Shown here: positions 1 through 18,356 of the stretch, piece after piece
Layout of the letters: every line of letters starts with the position of its first letter
Position numbering within the stretch: the first letter of the stretch is position 1
Sequence record: MT322327.1
DNA from: Escherichia phage SSBS18_WS_10_728
Reading direction: 5' to 3' (one strand)
DNA length: 64,000 bases
Notes under the pieces: generated by a model
What the model saw: only the letters and a program-made list of their open reading frames with translations
What the model was told of the DNA's origin: nothing
Databases searched by the model: none
Made by a program: the position numbers and the translations under genes

Positions 1-1466
1 ACACCATCTGCATTCTGCTCTGTGCCATTCCCTGTAGAACCTGCAAGCATGAATCTCTGATTAGCTGCTGTCTGAGTGAAGTATCTAGCATCTAAGTTAG
101 ACCAATCAGAAGGTTTTACCTGTCCATTAATCTGTAAAGATTTAGACAGAAGGACTTCATCAGACAAATCAATTCTTGCACCAGTCAAGTAGTTATGGAA
201 AGATGCAATACCAGAACCATTTGTCCCACAACCAATGTACCACTTATTAGTTTTATCAGTATTCTTACCAACAATGTAAGAAGCATTGTTCTGGACTTTG
301 CTGTAAATTCTTAATGCTTCACCGTCAGACTGGATATTCTGTGGTAGTGTGAAGGAGTTTGCTTCGTTCTTCTTAGCAAGGTTAGTATAAGTACCAACAA
401 GAACATAACGAGAGTCAATGTTAGTCCAATCAGAAGGTTGAACTTGACCAGTGATTTTTACAGACTTGTTGAATGTAGCACCAGACGAGTCTAAGACAAT
501 CGAGGTGTTACCTTTGTAATCGTGTAATGTGATATTAGAGTTTGCACTACCCTTCCCAATATACCACAAGTTATTATTTTCACTGTCTTTTGCTAGGATG
601 AATAAAGATTCATTTGTAGATTTATTTTGCAGCATGATAGCAGCAGCATTAGAGCTAATGTTAACAGCGTTGCTGAATGTATTTAAACCACTAAAAGTAT
701 TATTAGCAGTCAACTGTGCAAATCTCTGATTAGCTGCTGTCTGAGTAAAATATCTAGCATCTAAGTTAGAGAAGTCAGAGGGTTGAACTTGACCAGTAAT
801 AGCAAGGGTTTTATTAATAGCAACACTTGTGCCTAGAGTAATGGTTGAACCTTGTTCACTCTCAATTTGAACATCACGGCTGCCTTTAATTAGGTTCCCG
901 ATAGCCCAAACTTTTTCACTACTAGCATCCCTAGCTACAACAGCAGTGTATGCCTCACTAGCACTTGCAGGGTTTCTTAGTGTTAGAATCTCTCCATTTG
1001 CTGCAATAGTCTGCTTGACGTTAAACGTGTTTGAGTTAGCCAACCTTGCATACCTTGCATCATTCTCTTCATTAGTTCTCATCCCAAGTTCATTAGGGCT
1101 TGGCTTATTCAAAGTATGGTAAACAGTTGCTGACCTTGAAGCATCTGCAATAGTTAGTTTAAGGCCATTTGCGTTGATTTTAAAAGTCTTTAAAACATCC
1201 CCAATATTAATCTCAGAAGAGCCTGTTGGGTCAAAGACTGCCTTGCCACCATAAAGTAACTTAACAATCCCTAAGTCACCCGTCATAGTACTGCCAGCAA
1301 TCTGGACAAATCTTTCTAGTTTAAAAGATGCTAAGAAGTCTTGATAGGTCATTCGACGGTCTTCATCACCTAGCATTTCAGGTCTCTTTTTAACCCTGAC
1401 ATGAAGAAGGTCGTCTGAACGGATTGTGTCGATTGAGTTTAATTCACTCAACTTGTAATCTGCCAT
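1..1466 (-). CDS. tail fiber protein, partial (3' end lies beyond window start)
   Basis: Minus-strand ORF starting at ATG 1466 (MADYKLSELNS...) with GAGG RBS; open to window edge; repeated motif ITGQVQPSDxxNLDxRY typical of phage fiber repeats. Confidence 0.6.
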   Translation of the reverse strand, partial: MADYKLSELNSIDTIRSDDLLHVRVKKRPEMLGDEDRRMTYQDFLASFKLERFVQIAGSTMTGDLGIVKLLYGGKAVFDPTGSSEINIGDVLKTFKINANGLKLTIADASRSATVYHTLNKPSPNELGMRTNEENDARYARLANSNTFNVKQTIAANGEILTLRNPASASEAYTAVVARDASSEKVWAIGNLIKGSRDVQIESEQGSTITLGTSVAINKTLAITGQVQPSDFSNLDARYFTQTAANQRFAQLTANNTFSGLNTFSNAVNISSNAAAIMLQNKSTNESLFILAKDSENNNLWYIGKGSANSNITLHDYKGNTSIVLDSSGATFNKSVKITGQVQPSDWTNIDSRYVLVGTYTNLAKKNEANSFTLPQNIQSDGEALRIYSKVQNNASYIVGKNTDKTNKWYIGCGTNGSGIASFHNYLTGARIDLSDEVLLSKSLQINGQVKPSDWSNLDARYFTQTAANQRFMLAGSTGNGTEQNADG

Positions 1467-1481
1467 TATAAATTTTCCTCT

Positions 1482-1502
1482 TAAAAGGGGCTTTATAGCC
1501 CC
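1482..1502 (-). terminator. putative intrinsic terminator/attenuator
   Basis: Hairpin GGGGCTTTATAGCCCC followed on minus strand by U-run. Confidence 0.4.
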
Positions 1503-1512
1503 TGTAAAGAAA

Positions 1513-2661
1513 TTAAGCTGTTCTCTGCCATACATATAGTACGAAGGATGGCTGTTCAACACTAAATGCTTGACCAGAACCAGTTGGACCAGTTGTGCCA
1601 GAGTGTGAATGTTCACCTGCTCCGGTTACTGTTACTGTTGCTGAGTGGTTGTGGGAACCAATTGCAACAGAATGGCTGTGAGCACCAATACCAACCGTAT
1701 GATTATGCGCACCAATTGCTACAGAGTGAGTGTGGTTGTTAGCTGTTGTCAGCGTAGCTCTTGGGTCATAGCTTGCCCCCTCAACTGATAAACCTCTCCA
1801 ACCACCATCAGCATAACCACGATTAATGAATGTTGTTTGTGTTAAGCCAGCGGCACTTGTTGTTCTGTTACCATAGTCATATGTAGAGACAGTCTTTGTT
1901 CCATAGTCAAACGTTGTAGTCCCTTTAGTACCGTAGTCAAAAGCACTGATAGAGGCCGTTGCACCATGAGTGTGACCACCACCAGTGACATACACTGAGT
2001 GGGTATGCGCAGGGATGTTATTAACCGTCAGTGCAGTAGTCTGCGAACCAAACGTTGAACCAACTGGCCTAGAAGCACTATCATAACCTACAAGTGCTCT
2101 TCCTTTTGAAACTAACTCCCAAGTACCTCCACAAATTAAATACGTAGAAGGGTTTGCAGGATTCATAGAGAGATGAATAGTACCCACTGGATAAGAAGCC
2201 TGAACAGCCTTGTACAAGTTATTTACTGCTCTTGCTGTAGCATACTTATCTGCATCTTCATTATAAAGGTTAGATGTTGTCCAGTTCTGGACATTACTTA
2301 AACCAACCTGCGCCTTAGTTGTATTGTGTGGGTTGCTCTTGTCATTAATATGCTGTTGAATAAGGTTATTAACCTCTTCTGAAGACATAATCTGTAGATT
2401 TGCTCTTGCCTCAGCTACATTAACAATATCTGATAAGTTATTTGCAGCAACTAACTGAAGAGCATTAATAACGTTATCTAAACCAATTTGTGTCTTAGTA
2501 ACACCATGAGGGTTATTTCTTAGGCTTGAGTGTGGAGCAAGTAATTGCTCAAGAGTACATCTCTTATCCTCGATACCCTGTTTAAGATGGAAGATATCAC
2601 TAAGGTCAATTGGTAAGGCTGCTTGAGGCAAGGCACTAATTTGAATTTCACCTACTGCCAT
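1513..2661 (-). CDS. tail fiber protein with His-rich repeats
   Basis: 382 aa; N-terminal NPHxxTKxQ(I/V)GLxNV repeats typical of phage tail fibers; C-terminal HxHS(V)AIGxH repeats. Confidence 0.6.
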   Translation of the reverse strand: MAVGEIQISALPQAALPIDLSDIFHLKQGIEDKRCTLEQLLAPHSSLRNNPHGVTKTQIGLDNVINALQLVAANNLSDIVNVAEARANLQIMSSEEVNNLIQQHINDKSNPHNTTKAQVGLSNVQNWTTSNLYNEDADKYATARAVNNLYKAVQASYPVGTIHLSMNPANPSTYLICGGTWELVSKGRALVGYDSASRPVGSTFGSQTTALTVNNIPAHTHSVYVTGGGHTHGATASISAFDYGTKGTTTFDYGTKTVSTYDYGNRTTSAAGLTQTTFINRGYADGGWRGLSVEGASYDPRATLTTANNHTHSVAIGAHNHTVGIGAHSHSVAIGSHNHSATVTVTGAGEHSHSGTTGPTGSGQAFSVEQPSFVLYVWQRTA

Positions 2662-2663
2662 TA

Positions 2664-10679
<8,016 letters not shown>

Positions 10680-10680
<1 letters not shown>

Positions 10681-10919
10681 TACATTTTTCCTGCTCTTCT
10701 AAGTTCGTTGTAAGCAATTTCCTCTTTATACGACCTCTGAATTTCAAGAAATTGTCTCAATGATAATAAATCAGAGAATGTCATAGCAAAGAGTTGGTCA
10801 AGTGTTTCTTTACACCCTTCCATACCATAAATAGCAAGCACAAATTTCATCTCGTCTGCTTCTTCATAGGTTGCCTCTACAGCAGCATCAGTTAGTGGTG
10901 TCTGTAGAGTGTTACCCAT
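10680..10919 (-). CDS. tail assembly chaperone, downstream frame (possible frameshift extension)
   Basis: 79 aa ORF abutting upstream chaperone ORF in a different frame, directly before tape measure. Confidence 0.4.
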
Positions 10920-10921
10920 GT

Positions 10922-11320
10922 TTACTGAGAAGTTAGGCTTTTGAAAATGCTTGCTTCGAAAAAACTTCCGAAGTTTGCCTCCAGCGCAAATGCTAAGTAA
11001 TCAATAAACTCACCGTAGTTTGCTTGGAAGTACGTATCAATATTAAGTGGGAAGTCATCAACAGTTGCCCCTTGAAATAATAAGGTAGCCATCTCTTCAA
11101 GGTTAATTTCTTCAATTCTGTCAAAACAAGCTTCAACAAGCTCTTTAAATGGAACCATTGGAGCTTCCTTCTTACCCTTGTCAGTCAGACTTGATAGCAT
11201 CTGTGCAAAGGTTGGAACAACAATTTTACCCAACTTCATAGACATCTTAATACCATCTCTTGCCCCAAGCAGAACGATATTTACTTTCTTACCATTAATT
11301 ACTCTAGATTCTGTTTTCAT
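10922..11320 (-). CDS. tail assembly chaperone (putative)
   Basis: 132 aa ORF between tube and tape measure genes. Confidence 0.45.
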   Translation of the reverse strand: MKTESRVINGKKVNIVLLGARDGIKMSMKLGKIVVPTFAQMLSSLTDKGKKEAPMVPFKELVEACFDRIEEINLEEMATLLFQGATVDDFPLNIDTYFQANYGEFIDYLAFALEANFGSFFEASIFKSLTSQ

Positions 11321-11345
11321 TGTGATTCCTTAATACTTTTAAAAG

Positions 11346-11381
11346 AAACAAAAAAGGGGAAGACCTTTTAAAGTCTCCCCC
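11346..11381 (-). terminator. putative intrinsic terminator
   Basis: GC hairpin (GGGGAGAC.../GTCTTCCCC) followed by U-run on minus strand, after tube gene. Confidence 0.45.
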
Positions 11382-11393
11382 TTATAGGATTTA

Positions 11394-11840
11394 TTAAACA
11401 CTTGACGCTGGAATTGTAGAAGTGTAGTCTAGCTTCTCACAACCAAAAATCCAAGTTTTAGAGTTCTGGTCACGACCAAGTTCAATCTGTGGCAATTCCT
11501 GCAACCAAGCATTAATACCAGTTGCCAGAACAGAGCCTGATGGGTCGTAGATTACGAAGTTAGAAGAGATATCTTCTTCAAGTTCCATATTGTCTTGTTT
11601 AGCTTGAATTGCAGAAAGCATCTGGTTAGAGAGAGAAGTCTGCATTAGCTCAATCTCAATAGTACCTGTCTTGTCTGCATTTCTTGTCAGAGCAACTTGA
11701 CCACCTGCACCAACAACTGGTGTAATAAGTGGTGATGTTCTCTGTAGACGTAAAAATGAGTCTGGGGCAAAGCCTTCAATGGCGATACCATTCCAGCTAC
11801 ATACAACGTCTTTAGGGGAATATTGCTGATACATAGCCAT
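11394..11840 (-). CDS. tail tube protein (putative)
   Basis: 148 aa ORF directly downstream of sheath-like gene; size and position match small myovirus tube proteins. Confidence 0.5.
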   Translation of the reverse strand: MAMYQQYSPKDVVCSWNGIAIEGFAPDSFLRLQRTSPLITPVVGAGGQVALTRNADKTGTIEIELMQTSLSNQMLSAIQAKQDNMELEEDISSNFVIYDPSGSVLATGINAWLQELPQIELGRDQNSKTWIFGCEKLDYTSTIPASSV

Positions 11841-11855
11841 TCCAATTTACCTCTA

Positions 11856-13208
11856 TTATTCGTAAGCCACTGTACCTTTCAAGTCAACATCCAAGATAGC
11901 GCCTGCTAAGATACCTGCGAAGGTAACGTCTTTCAGGATACGAGCTTTCTTGTCTGCTAAAGCAACTTGAGAGGCTTTAGGAACATTAACTGTGTAAGAT
12001 GACAGGAAGTTTCTGTTGACTGCTCTTTGTAGTGAGGTTTCAATGACTTGACGAATACGGGTAATACCAGTATCATCATAAGTAATCTTACCACCCTTCT
12101 GGTTAATTAGCAAGTCTCTCAGAGAAGTTTTCAGGTCTGATTCTAACCAGTCAACACCACGGATGATATCAATCCATTCCCCACCAGAAGTAATCCCTCT
12201 ACGAACCACTGGAACACCGCCGTCAAGGTCAATAAAGTTACAGTGACGTGTATCTAAAGCAGACTTCTGAATACTTGTCAGAGGTCTCTGATTAGATGGC
12301 TGTAGAGAAGCAGTTACACCAGTTAACTGTGCATTACCCCAAGCAATTGAACCTGCATCATATGGAGCACCATAAGCAATGTATGCCATCTCTGGATAAT
12401 CTTCTGCTGCTGTGTGATGCCACAAACAAACTGTACGAGTGTACATATTCTTAGCAAGCTGTGCTGGGACATCATTTGCGCTAGCCAATTCTGTGCCTTG
12501 TAGTGCTGCTACATCAGAGTTAGCCGTGAAGAAGACTTTCTTACGAGCCTGAATCTCGGAAGCCATTGCTAAGACAAACTGTTGAGTTCTATCTTCTGCT
12601 GCAATGAAATACCAGTCGGTAGAGTAAGTTTCGATGGCTGCAAGAGCAGTTGATGCTGTATCAGCAGTTGTGCTTGCAACATATACAGTCTGTGCTGTAG
12701 TTGTTACTTTCACAAAGTCATTATCACCAGCTTTGGTAATAATCATTGTGGCAGAACCATTGCTACCAGTTACGTTCACAGAAACCTTATCTTTGATTGT
12801 TGGGTCAGCTTCAATCTGTGTTTTAAACTGTTGCAACACGTTTTCAGCAGTGTCTTCAGCTTGTGCTGTATACTGATATGGTTGAGAAATTCCACCGCCA
12901 GCAGCTACAGTAATTGAGTAGTCTGTACTTTCAGTAACGGCATTAGGAATTGATACAGTGTACTGCATAGCACGTCTACCAATATAAAGCTGAGTTACTT
13001 TAGGAGTCTGACTCCAAAGTTGTTTAGCAGCCTTATATGCAGCAGTATTCTCATCGAAATCTTCAGCAACTTCAGTTAAGGAAGTGTAACCACGAACTCT
13101 TTCTTCAAAGTTATCTGTTGAAGCTAAGAATAGTGGTAAGCCAAAACCTTCTCTTGTAGTTCCTGCGGTGTTCAATGTAATATCTACATTAACAATTGGA
13201 TTCCACAT
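11856..13208 (-). CDS. tail sheath-like protein (putative)
   Basis: 450 aa ORF preceding tube, chaperones and tape measure; order matches contractile-tail modules. Confidence 0.5.
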   Translation of the reverse strand: MWNPIVNVDITLNTAGTTREGFGLPLFLASTDNFEERVRGYTSLTEVAEDFDENTAAYKAAKQLWSQTPKVTQLYIGRRAMQYTVSIPNAVTESTDYSITVAAGGGISQPYQYTAQAEDTAENVLQQFKTQIEADPTIKDKVSVNVTGSNGSATMIITKAGDNDFVKVTTTAQTVYVASTTADTASTALAAIETYSTDWYFIAAEDRTQQFVLAMASEIQARKKVFFTANSDVAALQGTELASANDVPAQLAKNMYTRTVCLWHHTAAEDYPEMAYIAYGAPYDAGSIAWGNAQLTGVTASLQPSNQRPLTSIQKSALDTRHCNFIDLDGGVPVVRRGITSGGEWIDIIRGVDWLESDLKTSLRDLLINQKGGKITYDDTGITRIRQVIETSLQRAVNRNFLSSYTVNVPKASQVALADKKARILKDVTFAGILAGAILDVDLKGTVAYE

Positions 13209-13808
13209 TTATTTTACCCCTTTGGAGTCTACATCTAGATGGATAGTATATTCTGGTGGCTCTTGTCCTTCTTCATAAACTAACTCACCATCAACAATGA
13301 CACGCTCAATAATACTTCCACGTTCATCTTTCAGGACTGAGTTTTTTACAAGTGTTACAACAAGAGGTGCAGAATTTTCGAAATCTGTATTGAGATAAGT
13401 GTAATCATTTGGGATAGCTCCAGTGTCTAAAACTGTTGCTCCTGTCTCTTCAAGAATTAAATCTCTAACTGAACTCATCTCTAATCTTTGTTTAAGCTCA
13501 AGCATAATACTGTGAGCACCTTTACCATTTACCGTAATCAATACAGGAATCTGAAAAGCAATTCTGTAACAAACTACATCATCTTCAACAAATTTATCAA
13601 GAACCCAACCATAAGGTGTTGCAGCATCTTGACAATATACGGTAATAAATGGCTGGTCAGGTTTTAAACCTTTGTCATTTGAGTTATCAGAAGGGTAAGC
13701 TCTAATTACGTTTGGTCTATTATTTTTATCACGAGCTAATCTGTGACCAATAACATCCACTAAGGTTCTAACTAGACCTTTTTCAAGTTCTGCTGTTTCT
13801 AACTGCAT
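13209..13808 (-). CDS. putative neck/tail completion protein
   Basis: 199 aa ORF between capsid and sheath genes. Confidence 0.35.
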   Translation of the reverse strand: MQLETAELEKGLVRTLVDVIGHRLARDKNNRPNVIRAYPSDNSNDKGLKPDQPFITVYCQDAATPYGWVLDKFVEDDVVCYRIAFQIPVLITVNGKGAHSIMLELKQRLEMSSVRDLILEETGATVLDTGAIPNDYTYLNTDFENSAPLVVTLVKNSVLKDERGSIIERVIVDGELVYEEGQEPPEYTIHLDVDSKGVK

Positions 13809-14184
13809 TCATTTTATCCCTTCTAATAATGATATATTCATAATGGGATGTATGGGCTAATTGCTGTGACCAATCCATAGTCATAAATACTTCATACTCA
13901 TGACCATCAATCATAACAATATCAGACTCATTCCACTCTACATCATCTGAAGTTCTAAGTTTATATGTGGTATACAGGATTCTTGTATCGGTTAGCCTAA
14001 TACCTTCCGGTAAAGCAATCTGTGTACCGTTCTTTACAGAACCTTTGATGTATGGCTGGATATTACCTTTACAGTTAACCTCAACAACATCTTGTGAAGC
14101 TACCCAATCACCATCATCATTATAATAACCATCTTCAGAGACTTTACGCTTTACTACAAAGCTGTGCCTGTTTAAGAGCCTCAT
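13783..14184 (-). CDS. putative neck protein
   Basis: 133 aa ORF; synteny. Confidence 0.35.
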   Translation of the reverse strand: MRLLNRHSFVVKRKVSEDGYYNDDGDWVASQDVVEVNCKGNIQPYIKGSVKNGTQIALPEGIRLTDTRILYTTYKLRTSDDVEWNESDIVMIDGHEYEVFMTMDWSQQLAHTSHYEYIIIRRDKMNAVRNSRT

Positions 14185-14663
14185 TTTTTAATACCCTTCT
14201 TAGTAGAAATTTTATAAGCAAGGTTATCCCTTAAGTCACCTGTTTCAACAAGAGGTGCGTTAAAACCTTTTTTCTTGACTGTGGAAGGTGCGTTAGGAGG
14301 GAGTATAGCAGAATTACCAAAACCTCTTTTAATTGCCTTCTGAGCATTCTTTGCAAATGCTTCTAAGGTATCTGAAGGGTCTGTGTTGAGACTGCTAAGT
14401 TGCTTATATAGATTCTTCTTAGTCTGCTCTAACAAGGTCTGTCTGTTTAGCATCATAGTGATTTCAAACAACCTACGATATACTTTACCAGAAGCTGAGG
14501 GAACCCCAATAACTTCTTGTAAATACATTAAAGCAGGATAAGAAAAACCAGAGCTATGTTGACCTTGTTCTTGAAAATACCCAACTTGAGCATTAGCCGT
14601 TTGCAAGTTCTTCATAGCCCCGACTAATTTTGCTCTAGCGGGGTGAATAACCCTTTTAACCAT
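14181..14663 (-). CDS. putative head-tail connector protein
   Basis: 160 aa ORF; synteny. Confidence 0.35.
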   Translation of the reverse strand: MVKRVIHPARAKLVGAMKNLQTANAQVGYFQEQGQHSSGFSYPALMYLQEVIGVPSASGKVYRRLFEITMMLNRQTLLEQTKKNLYKQLSSLNTDPSDTLEAFAKNAQKAIKRGFGNSAILPPNAPSTVKKKGFNAPLVETGDLRDNLAYKISTKKGIKK

Positions 14664-15112
14664 TATTCATCTCGCTCGATAATAAATACGCCATTAACAC
14701 GGTTGCAGTAATCTCTGCCTTCGTATCTGGCAGCATCACCATATTCTGTGTATTTCTTGACAGAGCAAGGATTATGACGACGCATGTCAATATCACACTG
14801 ACTGATACCACCCGCATAGGGTAGTCCTGAAACAGAGCTTTTAACAAGGTCGTCATAAACAGCTTTCAGAGATTTGAATCTGGAAGAGTTACGTAAGTAA
14901 ACACCACCAACTTTCTCATCTCCCATCTTGGCTACTTGAAAGAGTAAATATTTAAGAGCTTTGATGGCTGCTTTCTTTTCATCCTTTCCAGATTCTAGAT
15001 AGAACCACTCTAGCACAGACTGCTCAATAAGAATTTCATCATTATTGGTGTCTGTGCAGAGGATTCTTACTCTATCAAGAGGGTTATTGGCTGGGTCGCC
15101 TGTATAACACAT
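14663..15112 (-). CDS. putative head-tail adaptor protein
   Basis: 149 aa ORF immediately downstream of major capsid gene. Confidence 0.35.
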   Translation of the reverse strand: MCYTGDPANNPLDRVRILCTDTNNDEILIEQSVLEWFYLESGKDEKKAAIKALKYLLFQVAKMGDEKVGGVYLRNSSRFKSLKAVYDDLVKSSVSGLPYAGGISQCDIDMRRHNPCSVKKYTEYGDAARYEGRDYCNRVNGVFIIERDE

Positions 15113-15133
15113 TCATAACCCTCCTTAAGAATA

Positions 15134-16243
15134 TTATTCTTGAGCGTCAGAACGAACGTCTACCAGCAACTGAGGACGAGTACAGTATGGCAGCATGTAA
15201 GAGTGAGCTTCGAAGTCAATACCCTCGTCACGGTCTTTTTCGTATTCGAATACGTACAGTTCCTGACCAAGTGTATTTGCATAACCCATCTTAGGGCATG
15301 GGCCATATGCCACTTCGAAGATGTTGTTTGCTTCACCCAGCATAGAAACGTTAGGGAAAGCGTGTCCTACACCTACAGTTCCATCCTGAGTAACACCATC
15401 AATGCTAACCAGAGTATGAACCTTACCACGCTTGTCTTTGAACTTACCGTTGTACTGGACAAACTTAACCCCACCGTAGTAGAAAGTGTTCATGTGAGCC
15501 TGAACGCCGTCAGTACCACCAGTTCTCAGAGAACCAGTAATCTGTTGCCAAGCCAGCGGAGTCTGTTGTGCAAGATAAGCGTCACGAATCTTAGGGTGTT
15601 TAGTCAGCTTGCTGAAGAATACACGGTCAACAACTACGTGAATTTCTTCACCGTTGATTACAGTGCCAGTCTTAGCTTCATCTTCCATGTGCATACGCAG
15701 TTCTTCAATAGAAGCGTCGATGTCAGCATTAGGGTTGTCAAGGTCGAAGTAAACAGTCTTCTTCTCAACGTCGAACTGCTTGTACAGGTCAGCGTACAGA
15801 GTACCACGAGCATCAACAACTTTACCCTTCAGAGCTTGCATAAACAGGAACTCACGAGTAATATCGAACTTGGTACGAATCTTCATCAGCTTCTTAGCAC
15901 GTACTACAGCTTCAGTAGTCAGTTCGTTTGCAGTGCCTGGCTGACGTACACCCTGAATTTCATCAGGAGTGATGCTTTCAACTTCTTTGAAGTACATCAT
16001 TGGGAAGCTGATTTGACGAACACGCTCAGGTGCGCTAGTCTCTGCTTTACGGCTGTCACGGTCTACCGCATCAAGCAAGCTAACATCCCAATCAGTCAAG
16101 TCCATAAGGAAAGTAGTTTGGGTGATTGGTGCTGAACGGAACAGACCTAAGTTGGAAATATACCCATAAGTATTTGGGATAGACTGGACTTCACCAGTCA
16201 GGTCAGCAAGGAAAAATCTGCTTTTTTCAGAATTAGTCAACAT
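15134..16243 (-). CDS. major capsid protein (HK97-fold type)
   Basis: 369 aa ORF downstream of protease/scaffold; size and sequence character of HK97-like MCP. Confidence 0.7.
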   Translation of the reverse strand: MLTNSEKSRFFLADLTGEVQSIPNTYGYISNLGLFRSAPITQTTFLMDLTDWDVSLLDAVDRDSRKAETSAPERVRQISFPMMYFKEVESITPDEIQGVRQPGTANELTTEAVVRAKKLMKIRTKFDITREFLFMQALKGKVVDARGTLYADLYKQFDVEKKTVYFDLDNPNADIDASIEELRMHMEDEAKTGTVINGEEIHVVVDRVFFSKLTKHPKIRDAYLAQQTPLAWQQITGSLRTGGTDGVQAHMNTFYYGGVKFVQYNGKFKDKRGKVHTLVSIDGVTQDGTVGVGHAFPNVSMLGEANNIFEVAYGPCPKMGYANTLGQELYVFEYEKDRDEGIDFEAHSYMLPYCTRPQLLVDVRSDAQE

Positions 16244-16276
16244 TGTAAAATTCTCCAGAATGTCTTATTATTGTTA

Positions 16277-16654
16277 TTACAGGCCAGTTGGTACGAAATC
16301 AATACCTTTAGCAGCCAGAGCTGCCTTGACGCTCTCGGCATTAACACTTGATTCAAGAGTCAGCATGTCTTTCAGTTCTGCGTCACGGTGAATACCGACA
16401 ACTTTCAACTGACCATGATAAGACAGTTGCAGGTCTGCGTAGAAATTAACGATACATACAGAGTCTGCTTGGGCTTCTTCTCCAGCTTGTACCTTAGTAC
16501 CGTCTGCTTTCAGAACTTCACCTACACGGTATTCTGTTGAAGCAACTGGGGTGTACTCTTTACGAGAGTGGCCTGTTGGGGTAACCTGTTCCCAAAGAAT
16601 GATATCATTCAGAGGTTCTCTTTTACCTAACTTAGTAAAACCTTGATATGCCAT
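16277..16654 (-). CDS. putative capsid decoration/accessory protein
   Basis: 125 aa ORF between protease and major capsid genes. Confidence 0.35.
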   Translation of the reverse strand: MAYQGFTKLGKREPLNDIILWEQVTPTGHSRKEYTPVASTEYRVGEVLKADGTKVQAGEEAQADSVCIVNFYADLQLSYHGQLKVVGIHRDAELKDMLTLESSVNAESVKAALAAKGIDFVPTGL

Positions 16655-16665
16655 TATTGTGTTCC

Positions 16666-18012
16666 TTATTTGATAAGAGATTTTAGAGCATTCTGGAGAG
16701 CCAGTTTGCGTTGTTCAGCGGTGTCTTCGGAAGCATTCTTAGCTGGTTCTTTTTCTTCTTCAACCAAATCAGCTTCGCCGTCATTACCCATTTCTTCCAT
16801 AGCGTTGGAATGTTCAAGAACAGCACCAGCAGTTTCTTTCAGCTTGGTAATTTCTGATTCTTTTTCTTCCATTGCAGAAGCGTGGGATGTGATAGTTTCA
16901 TTAAGTTTCTGGTTAGCACCTTCCATAGCATTCATAAACAGAACACTTAGAGGGTTATCAAGACCAGCACCTAAAATAGTCGTTGCAGCTTCTTTTGCAT
17001 CAAATCCAAAAGCTTCAGCAGAAGCAGAAATCTTATTAGTCAAATCTGACAAAGCAGCTTCCTGTTCTTTAGCTTTCATTTGAGCAACCTGAAGACGCAA
17101 AGCTTCTAGTTCTTGCTTTTCTTGTTCAGTCATTTCTTCACCTGAATTGTTAACGTTTAAACTTACAGGAGCCTCTTCAGAACCTTGTAAGTAATTTAAG
17201 AAATCATCTTGAGACATGATTGAGTTAATTAAACCAAGTTCAAGAGCTTCCTGAGCAGAATAAACATTCGCCTCAGTATTCTTTACAGCTTCTTCAGAGA
17301 GATTGCGCGATTCAGCCACAAAACCTGTAAAGGTTGCGTAGGTATCATTAATTCTCTTTTGAAGTCTTTCTTTGCTTTCTTCTGAAAGTGCTTGGAATGG
17401 TGAACCCATACCTTTAAACTCACCAGCTTTGATGACGTTAATTGTTACGCCATTCTTTTCAAATGCCTTAGTTAATTCCTGATGAACCATGATTACACCA
17501 ATAGAACCAACATCTGCATCTGGTGATGCAATAATTTCTTCAGCAGAAGATGCAAGAGCATATGCAGCGGAACAAGCGAACTCATCTACATAAGCAATAA
17601 TTTTCTTTTGGCCTCTTGAAGCCATAATGTGACGTGCTAATTCAAAGCAACCTGAAGCTTCACCACCACCAGAATCAATATGCAGAACAATAGTCTTAAT
17701 CGACTCATCTGCTAAAGCTTCGTCAAAGCCTCTGCGTAAACCTTCATAAGAGCTTAAACCACCAGTACACATTGCATCAATGAATGTCATACGATGAGTT
17801 AAACCACCCATAATAGGGATAATAGCAATATCATCTTTTACTTTTAAAAGACTTCTTGCTTCACCTTTGGGTTTATCAAAGTTTACTGCTGCTTGGACAT
17901 CACCCAGCAATCTGTTATTCACATAAGTTGCTGCTGAGTGAGCTAATGATTCAGTGGCTAGTAAAGGTTGGTTGAATAATCTATCAGCAAGTCTGAAGAT
18001 ATTCGAACTCAT
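16666..18012 (-). CDS. prohead protease (S49/SppA-like) fused to scaffold-like coiled coil
   Basis: 448 aa; S49 peptidase region IVLHIDSGGGEASG...SIGVIMVHQ; C-terminal EQEKQELEALRLQVAQMKAKEQEA coiled coil. Confidence 0.75.
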   Translation of the reverse strand: MSSNIFRLADRLFNQPLLATESLAHSAATYVNNRLLGDVQAAVNFDKPKGEARSLLKVKDDIAIIPIMGGLTHRMTFIDAMCTGGLSSYEGLRRGFDEALADESIKTIVLHIDSGGGEASGCFELARHIMASRGQKKIIAYVDEFACSAAYALASSAEEIIASPDADVGSIGVIMVHQELTKAFEKNGVTINVIKAGEFKGMGSPFQALSEESKERLQKRINDTYATFTGFVAESRNLSEEAVKNTEANVYSAQEALELGLINSIMSQDDFLNYLQGSEEAPVSLNVNNSGEEMTEQEKQELEALRLQVAQMKAKEQEAALSDLTNKISASAEAFGFDAKEAATTILGAGLDNPLSVLFMNAMEGANQKLNETITSHASAMEEKESEITKLKETAGAVLEHSNAMEEMGNDGEADLVEEEKEPAKNASEDTAEQRKLALQNALKSLIK

Positions 18013-18023
18013 TTTTACTCACC

Positions 18024-18356
18024 CTATTTGTTTAAATCTACAGAGACTGAAGAGATAACATAGATACCTTCTTCAGCAAAGAATTGAGGTTTGCTAAGAG
18101 CACCAGTTGCCACGCATTTATCGTTAGCATCCCACAAGCTATAGTGTGAGACCGTTGTAGAAGCTGGAACAGTAATATTAACTGTGTCTTCTGAGGCAAT
18201 TAAGCCATTATCCGGTTCAGAAAAATAAATAGCCACTGGCTGAGTAACCTTATTTGCTGTAGGGTCTGCCGTTGGGTCTACATTGTGTAAAATAATAGTC
18301 GTTGGGGTTAGCGTGGCGAGGATTTTATTCTTACCATCAATAGTTAATGTTCCCAT
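18024..18356 (-). CDS. hypothetical head-module protein
   Basis: 110 aa ORF between portal and protease. Confidence 0.35.
   Translation of the reverse strand: MGTLTIDGKNKILATLTPTTIILHNVDPTADPTANKVTQPVAIYFSEPDNGLIASEDTVNITVPASTTVSHYSLWDANDKCVATGALSKPQFFAEEGIYVISSVSVDLNK

Noticed and set aside
529-729. Plus-strand 66 aa ORF
   Set aside because: Lies entirely inside the minus-strand tail fiber gene (1-1466); no RBS; AT-rich antisense ORF
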